Shown in pieces: positions 18,386 to 27,700 of a DNA stretch of 64,000 nucleotides. The notes below the pieces were generated by a model. That model had not been told where the DNA came from. It saw only the letters and a list, made by a program, of their open reading frames with translations, and ran no database searches. The first letter of the stretch is position 1. Each line of letters starts with the position of its first letter. The stretch lies in contig CAZWSR010000001.1 of assembly GCA_964636545.1 (NCBI GenBank), positions 80,007 through 144,006 of the forward strand. Direction: 5' to 3'. Origin of the DNA: Candidatus Undinarchaeota archaeon. GTDB lineage: Archaea > Undinarchaeota > Undinarchaeia > Undinarchaeales > UBA543. The position numbers and the translations under genes were made by a program.

Positions 18386-18414
18386 AAAGCACCTGTTTTA
18401 GAATAATGTGCTAT

Positions 18415-18626
18415 GGGCCTATAGCCTAGTCTGGATAAGGCGGCAGCCTTCTAACGGCCGCAAAATCGGCCGGCGCTTTGCGCTGCATTCAGCAGAACCT
18501 CAACAGGTTAAGCTGAAGCAGCGTGGCTCGCACACATAGGTGAAAAACCAAATATGTGCGCGCTCGCCGGACCTTTGAGGTTTGGAAGAGAGCTGCAAAT
18601 CGGGGGTTCAAATCCCCTTGGGCCCA
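18415..18626 (+). tRNA. tRNA-Arg (TCT) with about 137-nt intron (about 18454-18590) at canonical 37/38
   Basis: 5' exon GGGCCTA-TA-GCCT..AGGC-G-GCAGC-CTTCTA. 3' exon A-GCTGC-AAATC-GGGGG-TTCAAAT-CCCCT-TGGGCCC-A. Intron GAAG pairs with exon CTTC (BHB-compatible). Confidence 0.75.
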
Positions 18627-18698
18627 TCTCAGCTAACAGCTACCTGCTAACAGCTAACCTGTTCTGGTAGCTGGAAGCTGTAACCAACAATTAGCATT

Positions 18699-18775
18699 GG
18701 GCCTGTAGTGTAGCTTGGATATCACGGGAGGCTTCGGACCTCCAAAGCGGGGTTCAAATCCCTGCAGGCCCACCA
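18699..18775 (+). tRNA. tRNA-Arg (TCG), CCA encoded
   Basis: GGGCCTG/CAGGCCC acceptor, anticodon stem GGAGG/CCTCC, loop CTTCGGA, T-loop TTCAAAT. Confidence 0.85.
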
Positions 18776-18815
18776 ATACACCCATTTAAAAACTAATCAA
18801 ACATAGAGGTTAAAT

Positions 18816-20561
18816 ATGGTAACAGATCCTTGGCAAAAAGCAAGAGAAGATGTCACAAAAGCAGTGGCAGAAGTTATACCTCAATTGGCAATCCCAAAAA
18901 CACGATTAAAGAAAATAAAGCTGGTAAACCACATTGATGAGCCACCTAGCTACAAAATGGGAGACCTTGCTTGTAGTATTTCATTTCCATTTGGAAAAAT
19001 AAAAAAAGTCAGTCCAAGGAAGATTGCAGAAGATATTATTGACAAAATTCACAGACCACGCAGTGTTTACTTAATAAAACTGGCAGGTGCATATGTTAAT
19101 TTTTTCCTGAAATTCGGAGAATTTGCAAAAGCGGTTGTTACTGAAGCATCAAAAGATACTTTCGGAAAAGGCGAGAAAAAGAAAGAGAAAGTAATGATTG
19201 AGTACAGTCAGCCAAATCCACTAAAAGCATTCCACATCGGACATGTTAGAAATACTGTTCTTGGAGAAAGTTTGAGCAGAATAATGAAAGAAGCTGGATT
19301 TGATGTTATTCAAGCAAATTTGTTTAATGATATTGGAATGCATGTTGCAAAAACACTGTGGTGCTACAAGAAATACCACGATGGAGAAAAGGCGCACACT
19401 AATGTTTCTAAATGGATTGGAACAATTTACAGAGATGCTTGCAAAAAAATTGAAGAAGATCCTAAAAACAAAGAAGAAGCAGATGAAATTCTAAAACATT
19501 TAGAAGCGCAAGATAATGAGGAAATCACTAAATTGTGGAAGCAATTCAGAAAATGGAGTGTTGATGAGTTCAAGGAAATTTACAAAGAATTAGATGCGCA
19601 CTTTGATGTTGACTTTTATGAAAGCGATTTGAAACCAAGAGGAAGAGAACTTGTTGAAGAGCTGAAGAAAAAGAAAATCGCGAAAAAGAGTAAGGGCGCC
19701 ATTATTATTGATTTGAAAAAAGATGACTTACCAGTTTGGTTGTTGCTGAAAAGTGACGGAACAGCACTTTATTCAACACAAGACCTTGCACTTGCTGAAG
19801 AAAAATTCAAGAAATTCAAAATTGACAAGTCAATTTATGTTGTTGGGTCAGAGCAAAGATTGCATTTCCAGCAATTGTTTAAGACATTACAGAAAATGGG
19901 TTTCAGAAAAGCAAAGAAATGTTACCATTTGGCATATGCTTTGGTTGCTTTGCGAAGTGGAAAAATGTCATCCAGAGAAGGAACCGCAATATTATATTCT
20001 GATTTGAAACATGAAATGCTCAAAAAAGCAATGAATGAAGTTGCTGAGAGAAACCCTGAAATGGCTGTAAAAACTCAGAACGAACTTGCTGAAAAGATAA
20101 TGATGTCTGCTATGAAATACAGCATGCTTAATGTTGGAAACAACAAGACAATCTTTTTTGACTGGGACACTGCACTTGAATTTGAAGGTAATACTGGACC
20201 GTACTTGCAATATGCAACTGTTCGTGCAAAAAGAATTTTGGAGAAAGCTGGCAAGAAACCAACACTAGCTGGGATTCAGTTCAAGTTATTGGATAGTAAG
20301 GATGCACAGCGCTTAATAAAACAAATAGCAAAACTGCCATCTGTGATAAGAGAAGCTGCAGAAACATACCAACCACATATTATTTCAAATTACGCATATT
20401 CTTTAGCTGACAAATTCAGCACATTTTACACAACAAATCCAGTTATTGAGGCAGAAACACCTGAACTAAAAGCAGCTCGGATTGCACTAGTAAACGCAAC
20501 ATATAAAACCCTCCAGAAAGCCCTTTATCTCCTTGGAATTGAAGAGCCAAAGAGGATGTAG
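18816..20561 (+). CDS. argS: arginyl-tRNA synthetase
   Basis: Class I HIGH motif (AFHIGHVRNT) and a DALR-type C-terminal region, 581 aa. Confidence 0.9.
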   Translation: MVTDPWQKAREDVTKAVAEVIPQLAIPKTRLKKIKLVNHIDEPPSYKMGDLACSISFPFGKIKKVSPRKIAEDIIDKIHRPRSVYLIKLAGAYVNFFLKFGEFAKAVVTEASKDTFGKGEKKKEKVMIEYSQPNPLKAFHIGHVRNTVLGESLSRIMKEAGFDVIQANLFNDIGMHVAKTLWCYKKYHDGEKAHTNVSKWIGTIYRDACKKIEEDPKNKEEADEILKHLEAQDNEEITKLWKQFRKWSVDEFKEIYKELDAHFDVDFYESDLKPRGRELVEELKKKKIAKKSKGAIIIDLKKDDLPVWLLLKSDGTALYSTQDLALAEEKFKKFKIDKSIYVVGSEQRLHFQQLFKTLQKMGFRKAKKCYHLAYALVALRSGKMSSREGTAILYSDLKHEMLKKAMNEVAERNPEMAVKTQNELAEKIMMSAMKYSMLNVGNNKTIFFDWDTALEFEGNTGPYLQYATVRAKRILEKAGKKPTLAGIQFKLLDSKDAQRLIKQIAKLPSVIREAAETYQPHIISNYAYSLADKFSTFYTTNPVIEAETPELKAARIALVNATYKTLQKALYLLGIEEPKRM

Positions 20562-20572
20562 ATTCCAAAACT

Positions 20573-20647
20573 ACCACCGTAGCCTAGTTTGGATAAGGCG
20601 TTTCCCTCCTAAGGAAAAGGTCGAGAGTTCAAATCTCTCCGGTGGTG
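20573..20647 (+). tRNA. tRNA-Arg (CCT)
   Basis: ACCACCG/CGGTGGT acceptor, D-stem GCCT/AGGC, anticodon stem TTTCC/GGAAA, loop CTCCTAA, T-arm GAGAG-TTCAAAT-CTCTC. Confidence 0.8.
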
Positions 20648-20697
20648 CTCTTTATTTTAAAATTAAACAGGACGAACCAATTTCTACAGAATTGTTT

Positions 20698-20820
20698 AAG
20701 CCCCTTCGCGTAAGCGAACGCGATTAATCTTCAGCGAAAAAACAAAGATATATCCTGAAGATTCATCGTGTAGGGGCTTCATGCAGTGCGCGCTGCACTC
20801 TGGAGCGCCACTCAAGAACA
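20698..20820. ncRNA. candidate structured RNA (GC-rich, nested helices), identity unknown
   Basis: 8-bp helix AAGCCCCT/AGGGGCTT enclosing a 9-bp helix AATCTTCAG/CTGAAGATT and a CGCG helix, then a TGCAG-TGCGCG-CTGCA hairpin. GC far above the local background. Confidence 0.25.
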
Positions 20821-20915
20821 AATTAACCAACTTCACCAATTCAAATATCAGCAGAGTACCAGAACATTAATAAAGTTTGGAAAACAAAATAGTGGAATAA
20901 TAGGGGGCAGTAACC

Positions 20916-21449
20916 GTGGTATTGAAAGGACACACATTGGACATCATATCTTTAGTGCTAATTTTCGTTCTTTCACGGTTTGTAATGCCAGAACACACTC
21001 GTCTTTTGATCTTGATAATTTTTATATGTATTTTAAGTAGATCAAATTTTGTTTATCATTCAGTAAATCTAGAGATTCATAGTATTTTGATGGTGTTTAT
21101 CGCAATAACATATGGATTCTGGCCTTGTTTTTTTATTGCGATAATGTCAACGTGGCCAGCAAAAAGTTTGAGTGGATGGATGGGAATTTACAATCCAATA
21201 TTGACAGGAATGGATACAATACACATGGTTTTTGTTGCGTTATTTGCTAGCTTGCTATCGATTCACACTTATTTCATACCTGCTATGCTGATACTATTCT
21301 TTGCTGAATTTATTAGAGAAGGATTTAGATTCTTCACATTCCATGAAAACTTTATTAAATACACAATAATGGGTACATTTTTCATGATAATGTTTTATTT
21401 AGCAATGAAGAACATCCCACATATTTTCATAAATTTCATTGGTGGATAA
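20916..21449 (+). CDS. membrane protein, unknown (GTG start in track)
   Basis: Hydrophobic 177-aa ORF. Confidence 0.5.
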   Translation: MVLKGHTLDIISLVLIFVLSRFVMPEHTRLLILIIFICILSRSNFVYHSVNLEIHSILMVFIAITYGFWPCFFIAIMSTWPAKSLSGWMGIYNPILTGMDTIHMVFVALFASLLSIHTYFIPAMLILFFAEFIREGFRFFTFHENFIKYTIMGTFFMIMFYLAMKNIPHIFINFIGG

Positions 21450-21542
21450 AGACAGGTAACAGCCCTGAGCCCTCAGGTGTCAGGTCGTCCTGACTGCTGA
21501 TGGCTGAATGCTGACACCCTAACCAATTTCAAAAAAGATGAG

Positions 21543-21616
21543 CAGGCCCGCCGGAATTTGAATCCGGGTCTGCGGCTCCGCAAGCCACTATGATATCCAA
21601 GCTACACTACGGGCCT
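21543..21616 (-). tRNA. tRNA-Arg (GCG)
   Basis: AGGCCCG/CGGGCCT acceptor, anticodon stem GTGGC/GCCGC, loop TTGCGGA, T-arm CCGGA-TTCAAAT-TCCGG, discriminator G. One D-stem mismatch. Confidence 0.7.
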
Positions 21617-21709
21617 AATAGCAGGACAATAAGAGTAGAGAGGTTATTTAATAATGTTGTCGTGTAGCGAACAGTTAACTAAATAACATAGGACCTGCAT
21701 TATCTTTTT

Positions 21710-22564
21710 ATGGTCAAGAGAATATTAGAAGATTACTGGATTCCTATTGAGAATCCACTAATTGGTAAAGTTGCTGCTGCTTTTATTGAAGCAATCACTT
21801 GGTCACCCATTAATCCCCATGGTTTGAAAGATATACGGCATCCTGTTTACATATACAAAAATCTTAATGTAAATAAAGGAAAATCATATCATGATGGCAG
21901 GTATGCTGAGAACAAAAAATTCTTCCCAATTAAGTTTCAAAAAATAATGGAACGTAAGCGTTTCAATCTGATTTTTTTAATAATTGCTGAAAACAATCAG
22001 CAATATGTGATAAAACCTTTCCAATACTCACCTGAAATGGATGAAGAATGGAAAATTGCAAACGAAATGACTACTGAAAATATGGGACCTAAATTAATTC
22101 CTCATAAATTCAAGTGCAACATAGGCAGATTTCATGGAAATCTTATTGTTGAGTCTTGTTTATCAAGACCAGGGGGTTGGAGACCTGCTTATCTTGTGGA
22201 AAAACACATACAGAATCACAAGTGGTTTATATCTCCGTTTGCCAATCTTATTAAAAAATTGCATCAGAAAGGTATATTCTTTTTTGAGGATTTTTACACA
22301 CACTTGTTTGTTAACATAATGACCCATGACCTGAAGCTTGTTGATTTTGGAATGTCTTTTTATCCCCCTGAGGAGGAAAAAACAAAACGATTTGATATTG
22401 AAATTGGACTTGCCCTTGATAATTTAAAAAGATCTAGATTCAAACCAGCATATCAACTCGCTTTTTTGAAAATATATCAAAAAAAGTTCAGGCAAATTAA
22501 AAAAACTCTAAGAACAGATACAATTATTCTTGAAGGGAAAGAATATAAGTTTAAACGAGGATAA
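21710..22564 (+). CDS. hypothetical protein with degenerate protein-kinase-like (Bud32/RIO/KdoK-like) C-terminal motifs
   Basis: LHQKGIFFEDFYTHLFVNIMTHDLKLVDFGMS resembles LH.xGIxHGDLxxxNxxx...xLIDFGLS, with the catalytic His and Gly replaced. Confidence 0.5.
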   Translation: MVKRILEDYWIPIENPLIGKVAAAFIEAITWSPINPHGLKDIRHPVYIYKNLNVNKGKSYHDGRYAENKKFFPIKFQKIMERKRFNLIFLIIAENNQQYVIKPFQYSPEMDEEWKIANEMTTENMGPKLIPHKFKCNIGRFHGNLIVESCLSRPGGWRPAYLVEKHIQNHKWFISPFANLIKKLHQKGIFFFEDFYTHLFVNIMTHDLKLVDFGMSFYPPEEEKTKRFDIEIGLALDNLKRSRFKPAYQLAFLKIYQKKFRQIKKTLRTDTIILEGKEYKFKRG

Positions 22565-22678
22565 CCTTTTGGTTGCAGAATGTAGTTCAAAGCGCAAATT
22601 GAGACAAGCTTAATTGTGCGAGCGAACTAAGTAGGGAAAAGTTTTTATGATGCATCTTCCTAACCAAATAGAAGTAAA

Positions 22679-22837
22679 ATGAGTAATTTCCTAAAACGAA
22701 TTGGAATCGGTGAAACATTCAGCGCAGTGCTGATGATAGCAGTTGGAGTACTGGTTTTAATCTGGCCAAAACTTCTGACTACTCTAATAGCTGTTTATTT
22801 GATAATTGTCGGTGTTGTGAAATTAGTTTCAAATTAA
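22679..22837 (+). CDS. DUF3096-like small membrane protein (52 aa)
   Basis: MSNFLKRIGIGETFSAVLMIAVGVLVLIWPKLLTTLIAVYLIIVGVVKLVSN. Not in the ORF track because it is under 60 aa. Confidence 0.4.
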   Translation: MSNFLKRIGIGETFSAVLMIAVGVLVLIWPKLLTTLIAVYLIIVGVVKLVSN

Positions 22838-24192
22838 ATTTTCTTAACAAAACCTAATTCAGCATTAACCTCAACCCCATCTCCATCTTTTAGAACTTTT
22901 GTTGCAGTTTTAGTTCCAACTAAACAAGGTACTCCTAATTCTCGTGAAACAATTGCAGCATGGCAAGTTACTCCACCTTCGTCAGTTACGATTGCTGCTG
23001 CTTTCTGCATTGCTGTAACATAATCTGGGTGAGTTGTTACTGCAACTAAAATATCGCCTTTTTTAACTTTTTTAAGATCAGCAACTCCGCGAACAATCAC
23101 CACTTTGCCTTTTGCAGTTCCTTTGGATGCAATTGTTCCAATCAGTTCGTCAGTTTTTGCTTCTTCAATTGGCAAATTAAATTCTTGGATAATTGAAAGT
23201 GCTTTGTCTCCATGCTCGCACTGGATATTGCGATCACTGTCATAATAAATTGAAAATCCGTTCTTGCGCTCTGCAATAATATTTGAATCAAATTTTCCCC
23301 CATTCTGCAAGAAATCCATAATTTCATTTTTTAGAACATAACTCATGTCAAGTGTCCCAATTCCTATTCTCTTTCCAATTTCTGAAAATAGTTTTTGAGC
23401 AAGGAAAACACTTTTTCTGCGGAAATCATCTTTGATATCCTTGAGATATGCAAATCCCTTTGCAATATCAATCATTTTCTTGTCTTCATCAGAAATCGCT
23501 AGCTGACTAATGAATTCATCATAAGTTATTGAATGTTTTTCAAGTGGTTTCAAGTTTGCAAGATAATCTTCAAACTCTTCCATTGTCCATGGGTCATTGT
23601 GCAAATCAAGACAAGACATCCATTTGTATTCTTCAAAAAGCATAGTCTTGTCCTTTCCAGCTGCTGCATGTTCCTGAAGTTTGAAAACAGCTGCTTGGCC
23701 ACGTGGGCTGAGTGCTATTTTGTATAATTCTGCTTCATTTACCATGTTCTCAAAATATTTACTGAGGATATCACTTGCTTTTTTTGAAACAAGATTATTG
23801 ATAATGAAACTAGTCCAAATCAGAGTGCAGTAAGGCAATTGTGCTTTGTAATATTGCTCATAAAGATCAGCAAGTTCAGAATTTTCAAGAGCTGAAAGAT
23901 TTTTGCTTGCTATTTTTTCTGATGTGTTCAGATATTCTTCACCAAGCTTGACAAATAATTTTTCATATTCTTTTAATTTTGGAAGAGTAGAATATTCTTT
24001 TTCAAGTGACTGAACAAGATTATTCCAGTTTTCTTCATGAAAAAAGCACACCTCATTCTGGTTATCAGGAACATAGATCTGGCTGTAAATCGGTTCTGGG
24101 AGTAAATCTTTGCATTCCTCTGACAAACAGCGGAGAGAAACTTCAGTATATTGCACACCATATTCTCTTGAAATTATTTTCATCCACTTCAT
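22834..24192 (-). CDS. PEP-utilizing enzyme mobile (phosphohistidine swivel) domain protein with unknown 340-aa N-terminal region
   Basis: C-terminus ...VTTHPDYVTAMQKAAAIVTDEGGVTCHAAIVSRELGVPCLVG is the PEP-utilizers His domain. No ATP-grasp or TIM-barrel partner domains are seen. Confidence 0.7.
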   Translation of the reverse strand: MKWMKIISREYGVQYTEVSLRCLSEECKDLLPEPIYSQIYVPDNQNEVCFFHEENWNNLVQSLEKEYSTLPKLKEYEKLFVKLGEEYLNTSEKIASKNLSALENSELADLYEQYYKAQLPYCTLIWTSFIINNLVSKKASDILSKYFENMVNEAELYKIALSPRGQAAVFKLQEHAAAGKDKTMLFEEYKWMSCLDLHNDPWTMEEFEDYLANLKPLEKHSITYDEFISQLAISDEDKKMIDIAKGFAYLKDIKDDFRRKSVFLAQKLFSEIGKRIGIGTLDMSYVLKNEIMDFLQNGGKFDSNIIAERKNGFSIYYDSDRNIQCEHGDKALSIIQEFNLPIEEAKTDELIGTIASKGTAKGKVVIVRGVADLKKVKKGDILVAVTTHPDYVTAMQKAAAIVTDEGGVTCHAAIVSRELGVPCLVGTKTATKVLKDGDGVEVNAELGFVKKI

Positions 24193-24710
24193 TCAATTCC
24201 AAGCTCCTTTTTCACATTAGCAAATCTTTTCATGTATTCTTTTGCAATTTCAGGTGGCTTTTCTTTATTGTAAACAGTTTCGTCGTAGAGGCAGCAGTCC
24301 AAAGTGTCTGCATCCTTGATTAATTCAGTGTAGACATCTTCAGAATAAATCTGCTTGTCACTGTGACTCTTGATAGCGTTTATTATAATTTCTTTTTCTT
24401 CGTCATTGTAATCAGTTAGTAATTCTTTTGCTAATTCACCACTTTTGATAGCATGTTCTTTGTAAGAGCCAGTGTCAAGAACGGCTAAGTCGTAGAGAGC
24501 TGCAATTGTTGTTGCTAAGTCGCGATCCAAATTCCTTTTCATTGCAAGAAGTCGAGTAATTTGAATGCAACTATTGATGTGCTTTAATTCAAATGTTTTG
24601 GACTCTTCTCGATTTTCATCAGAAACTTTACTGGAAAGAATCCGGTTTACAACAAGTTGTTCAATTTTTTCAGAGCGGGATAAATTATCCCCTTTGAAGT
24701 GATGGTACAT
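24189..24710 (-). CDS. HD-domain-like protein (HD dyad reads YD)
   Basis: H..(28 aa)..LYDLAV..H..H..D pattern. 4-nt overlap with the upstream gene. Confidence 0.5.
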   Translation of the reverse strand: MYHHFKGDNLSRSEKIEQLVVNRILSSKVSDENREESKTFELKHINSCIQITRLLAMKRNLDRDLATTIAALYDLAVLDTGSYKEHAIKSGELAKELLTDYNDEEKEIIINAIKSHSDKQIYSEDVYTELIKDADTLDCCLYDETVYNKEKPPEIAKEYMKRFANVKKELGIE

Positions 24711-24766
24711 AACAAAATACTGCGTTAAAAGAGAATATATAATTTGTTGTATTAAAAATAAATTAA

Positions 24767-27700
24767 CTAATCTGCGTAGTATTCTTTTAATGATTTGATT
24801 CCAAAACTTTTTTCTCGGTTTCTTTTGATTGCCTCAAGTACAATTTTTGCTCCAGCCAATGTTGTGATACATGGAACTTTCTTGAAAATACAGGCATGTC
24901 GTATCTTGTATCCGCCCCTGCTTGCGACTTCTCCACGAGTTGGCGTATTTATTACAAGCTGGATACTATCATTATTTATTACATCAACAACATTTGGAGA
25001 ACCTTGACTTGGTTTAAGGAGTTTCTGATTCTTGATACCATCCACATGAAGTATTTTTGATGTGTGACCAACTGCGGCAATTTTAAAACCAAGATCTTTG
25101 AATCCTTTAGCAACAGCATAGATGTGTTCCTTGTCCTGATCTCGAACTGCAAAAAATACTCGTCCAGAATCAGGAAGCTTAGTTCCAGCACCAAGCTGGG
25201 CTTTGTAAAATGCTTCTGCGAAATTATCTGCAATACCCATACTCTCCCCTGTGCTCTTCATTTCAGGCCCAAGACGAGAGTCAGAACCTGGAATTTTGTT
25301 AAATGGGAAAACAATAGACTTTACAGAAACATGTTTTGGTGTTTTTTCAGTGTAGCCGAGCTCTTTCAGGGTTTTTCCAGCAAGAACCTTAGCTGCTATT
25401 TTTGCAATTGGGAGATTTGTAGCTTTGCTGATGAATGGAACAGTCCTACTGCTTCTTGGATTTGCCTCAAGCACATAAACAGTATCACCTTTTACTGCAT
25501 ATTGCATATTCATTAATCCAATTACATTCATCTCAAGTGCGAGTTTTCTTGTGTAATCTTTTATTTTATTTACAATATCAGTGCCGAGGGTTTGTGGAGG
25601 AACAACACATGAGGAATCGCCAGAATGAATACCTGCTTCTTCAATATGCTCCATGATCCCGCCAATTAAAACATCCTTGCTATCGCAAACACAATCCACA
25701 TCAACTTCAATTGCGTTCTGGAGAAACTTGTCAATTAAAATTGGCTGATTTTCTGAAACACTAACAGCTTCTCTGACATAGGATTCTAACTGAGAATCTT
25801 CGTGAATGATTTCCATTGCTCGGCCACCAAGAACATAACTTGGACGAACCAGAACAGGATAACCCAGCCTTTCAACTATTTTCTGAGCATCTTCTAAACT
25901 GCGTGCAATGCCGTTTTCAGCTTGTGGAATGTTTAGTTTAGTGAGAATTTGTGTAAATTTATCCCTGTCTTCGGAAAGATCCATATCTTCAGGAGAGGTT
26001 CCAATAATATTGACTCCTGCTTTTTTCAGTGGCAAGGACAAGTTAACTGCAGTTTGACCACCGAATTGAGTTATGACGCCGAATGGTTTTTCCTCGCGAA
26101 CCACATTCATCACATGCTCAAAATCAACTGGCTCAAAATAGAGTTTATCAGCAGTGTCATAATCAGTGCTGACGGTTTCAGGATTGTTGTTGAGAATTAT
26201 TGTTTCAATACCTTCTTCTCGCAATGCCCAAACTGCATGAACAGTGCAATAATCAAATTCTATTCCCTGGCCGATTCGGATTGGTCCTGCGCCAAGAATT
26301 AACACTTTTTTATTATCAGTGTGCCGTGTTTCTGTTTCAGTCCCTGATGTACTGTAGTAATATGGCGTTTTTGATTCAAACTCTGCAGCACAAGTATCAA
26401 CCATTTTGAAACAAACATTCTTTTTTTCTTTAGGAGAATCAATAATATTCTTTATTTTTTCAAGGAACCATAAATCAATATTTGTTAGCTCGTGGATTTC
26501 TTCAAGAGTAAAACCAATTCTTAAAGCATCTGCAATATAGAAGAGCCGCTTGTGAGTGGGTGTTCTTAAAAGTCTCTTGAGAAGTCGAGGATCTGTTATA
26601 CCGGTTGTTTCAAAACCTTTTCTTTTTATGTCAAGACTGCAAATTGCTTTCAAAAGAGATTCTTCAAAAGTTCGACCAATTGCCATAACCTCGCCAGTAG
26701 AACGCATTTCAGTACCGAGCTCGCATTTTGCAAGACGAAACTTTTCAAATGGCCAGCGAGGAATTTTGACAATAATATAATCAAGCGCTGGCTCAAAGCT
26801 GGCAGAAGTGTCCTGAGTGATTGGGTTTGGGATATCTGTGAGAGTTTTCCCAATTGCGATTTTTGTTGTTATGAGTGCGATTGGATAGCCAGTTGCTTTG
26901 CTTGCAAGAGCAGAAGATCTGGAAACACGCGGATTAACTTCAATTATGCAATATTCATTGCTTTTTGGATTAAGACCATATTGAATATTGCATCCACCTT
27001 CCACCCCAAGGGCTCGGATTATTTTAATGGATGCAGACCTGAGCATCTGGTATTCATCATCACTCAAAGTTTGCGACGGAGCAACAACAATACTTTCACC
27101 AGTGTGGATACCCATTGGATCAAAGTTTTCCATGTTACAGATCGTAATGCAATTGTCATCAGAATCTCGCATAACTTCATACTCTACTTCTTTCCAGCCA
27201 GAAACACACTTTTCAATTAGAACCTGACTTATTCTGCTGAGAGTAATTCCTTTTTTAGCTATTTTTTCCAGATCAGTGATTGTGTGTGCGATTCCCCCAC
27301 CAGATCCCCCAAGTGTGTAGGCTGGGCGAATAACAACTGGATACCCTATTTCGCTTGCATACACTTTTGCATCCTCAACAGTATTAACTGCTTTTGACGG
27401 GAGAACAGGTTCTCCGATTTCAATTAGCAGTTTCTTGAATTCATTCCGGTCCTCACACAATTTTATTGCTGAAATTGGAGTTCCAAGAACAGCCACATTG
27501 TGTTTTTTCAGAATTCCTTTTTCCCCAAGCTCAGATACAAGATTCAAAGCAGTTTGACCACCAAGACTTGACAAAATTCCATCTGGTTTTTCCTTTTCAA
27601 TTACTTTTTCAACAAACTCAAGAGTCAGTGGTTCAATGTAAACTGAATCTGCCATGTCTGAATCTGTTTGGATTGTTGCTGGATTGGAATTAATCAGAAC

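Noticed and set aside
20533-20727. 64-aa ORF overlapping tRNA-Arg(CCT)
   Set aside because: It lies across a well-folded tRNA gene and the GC-rich structured segment. Its composition is atypical, so it is spurious.
24795-27693. Numerous 60-150-aa ORFs inside carB/carA, and others like them inside hisS, gdhA, smc and mvaD (360-551)
   Set aside because: They are antisense or out-of-frame within long, well-supported genes, with no motifs.
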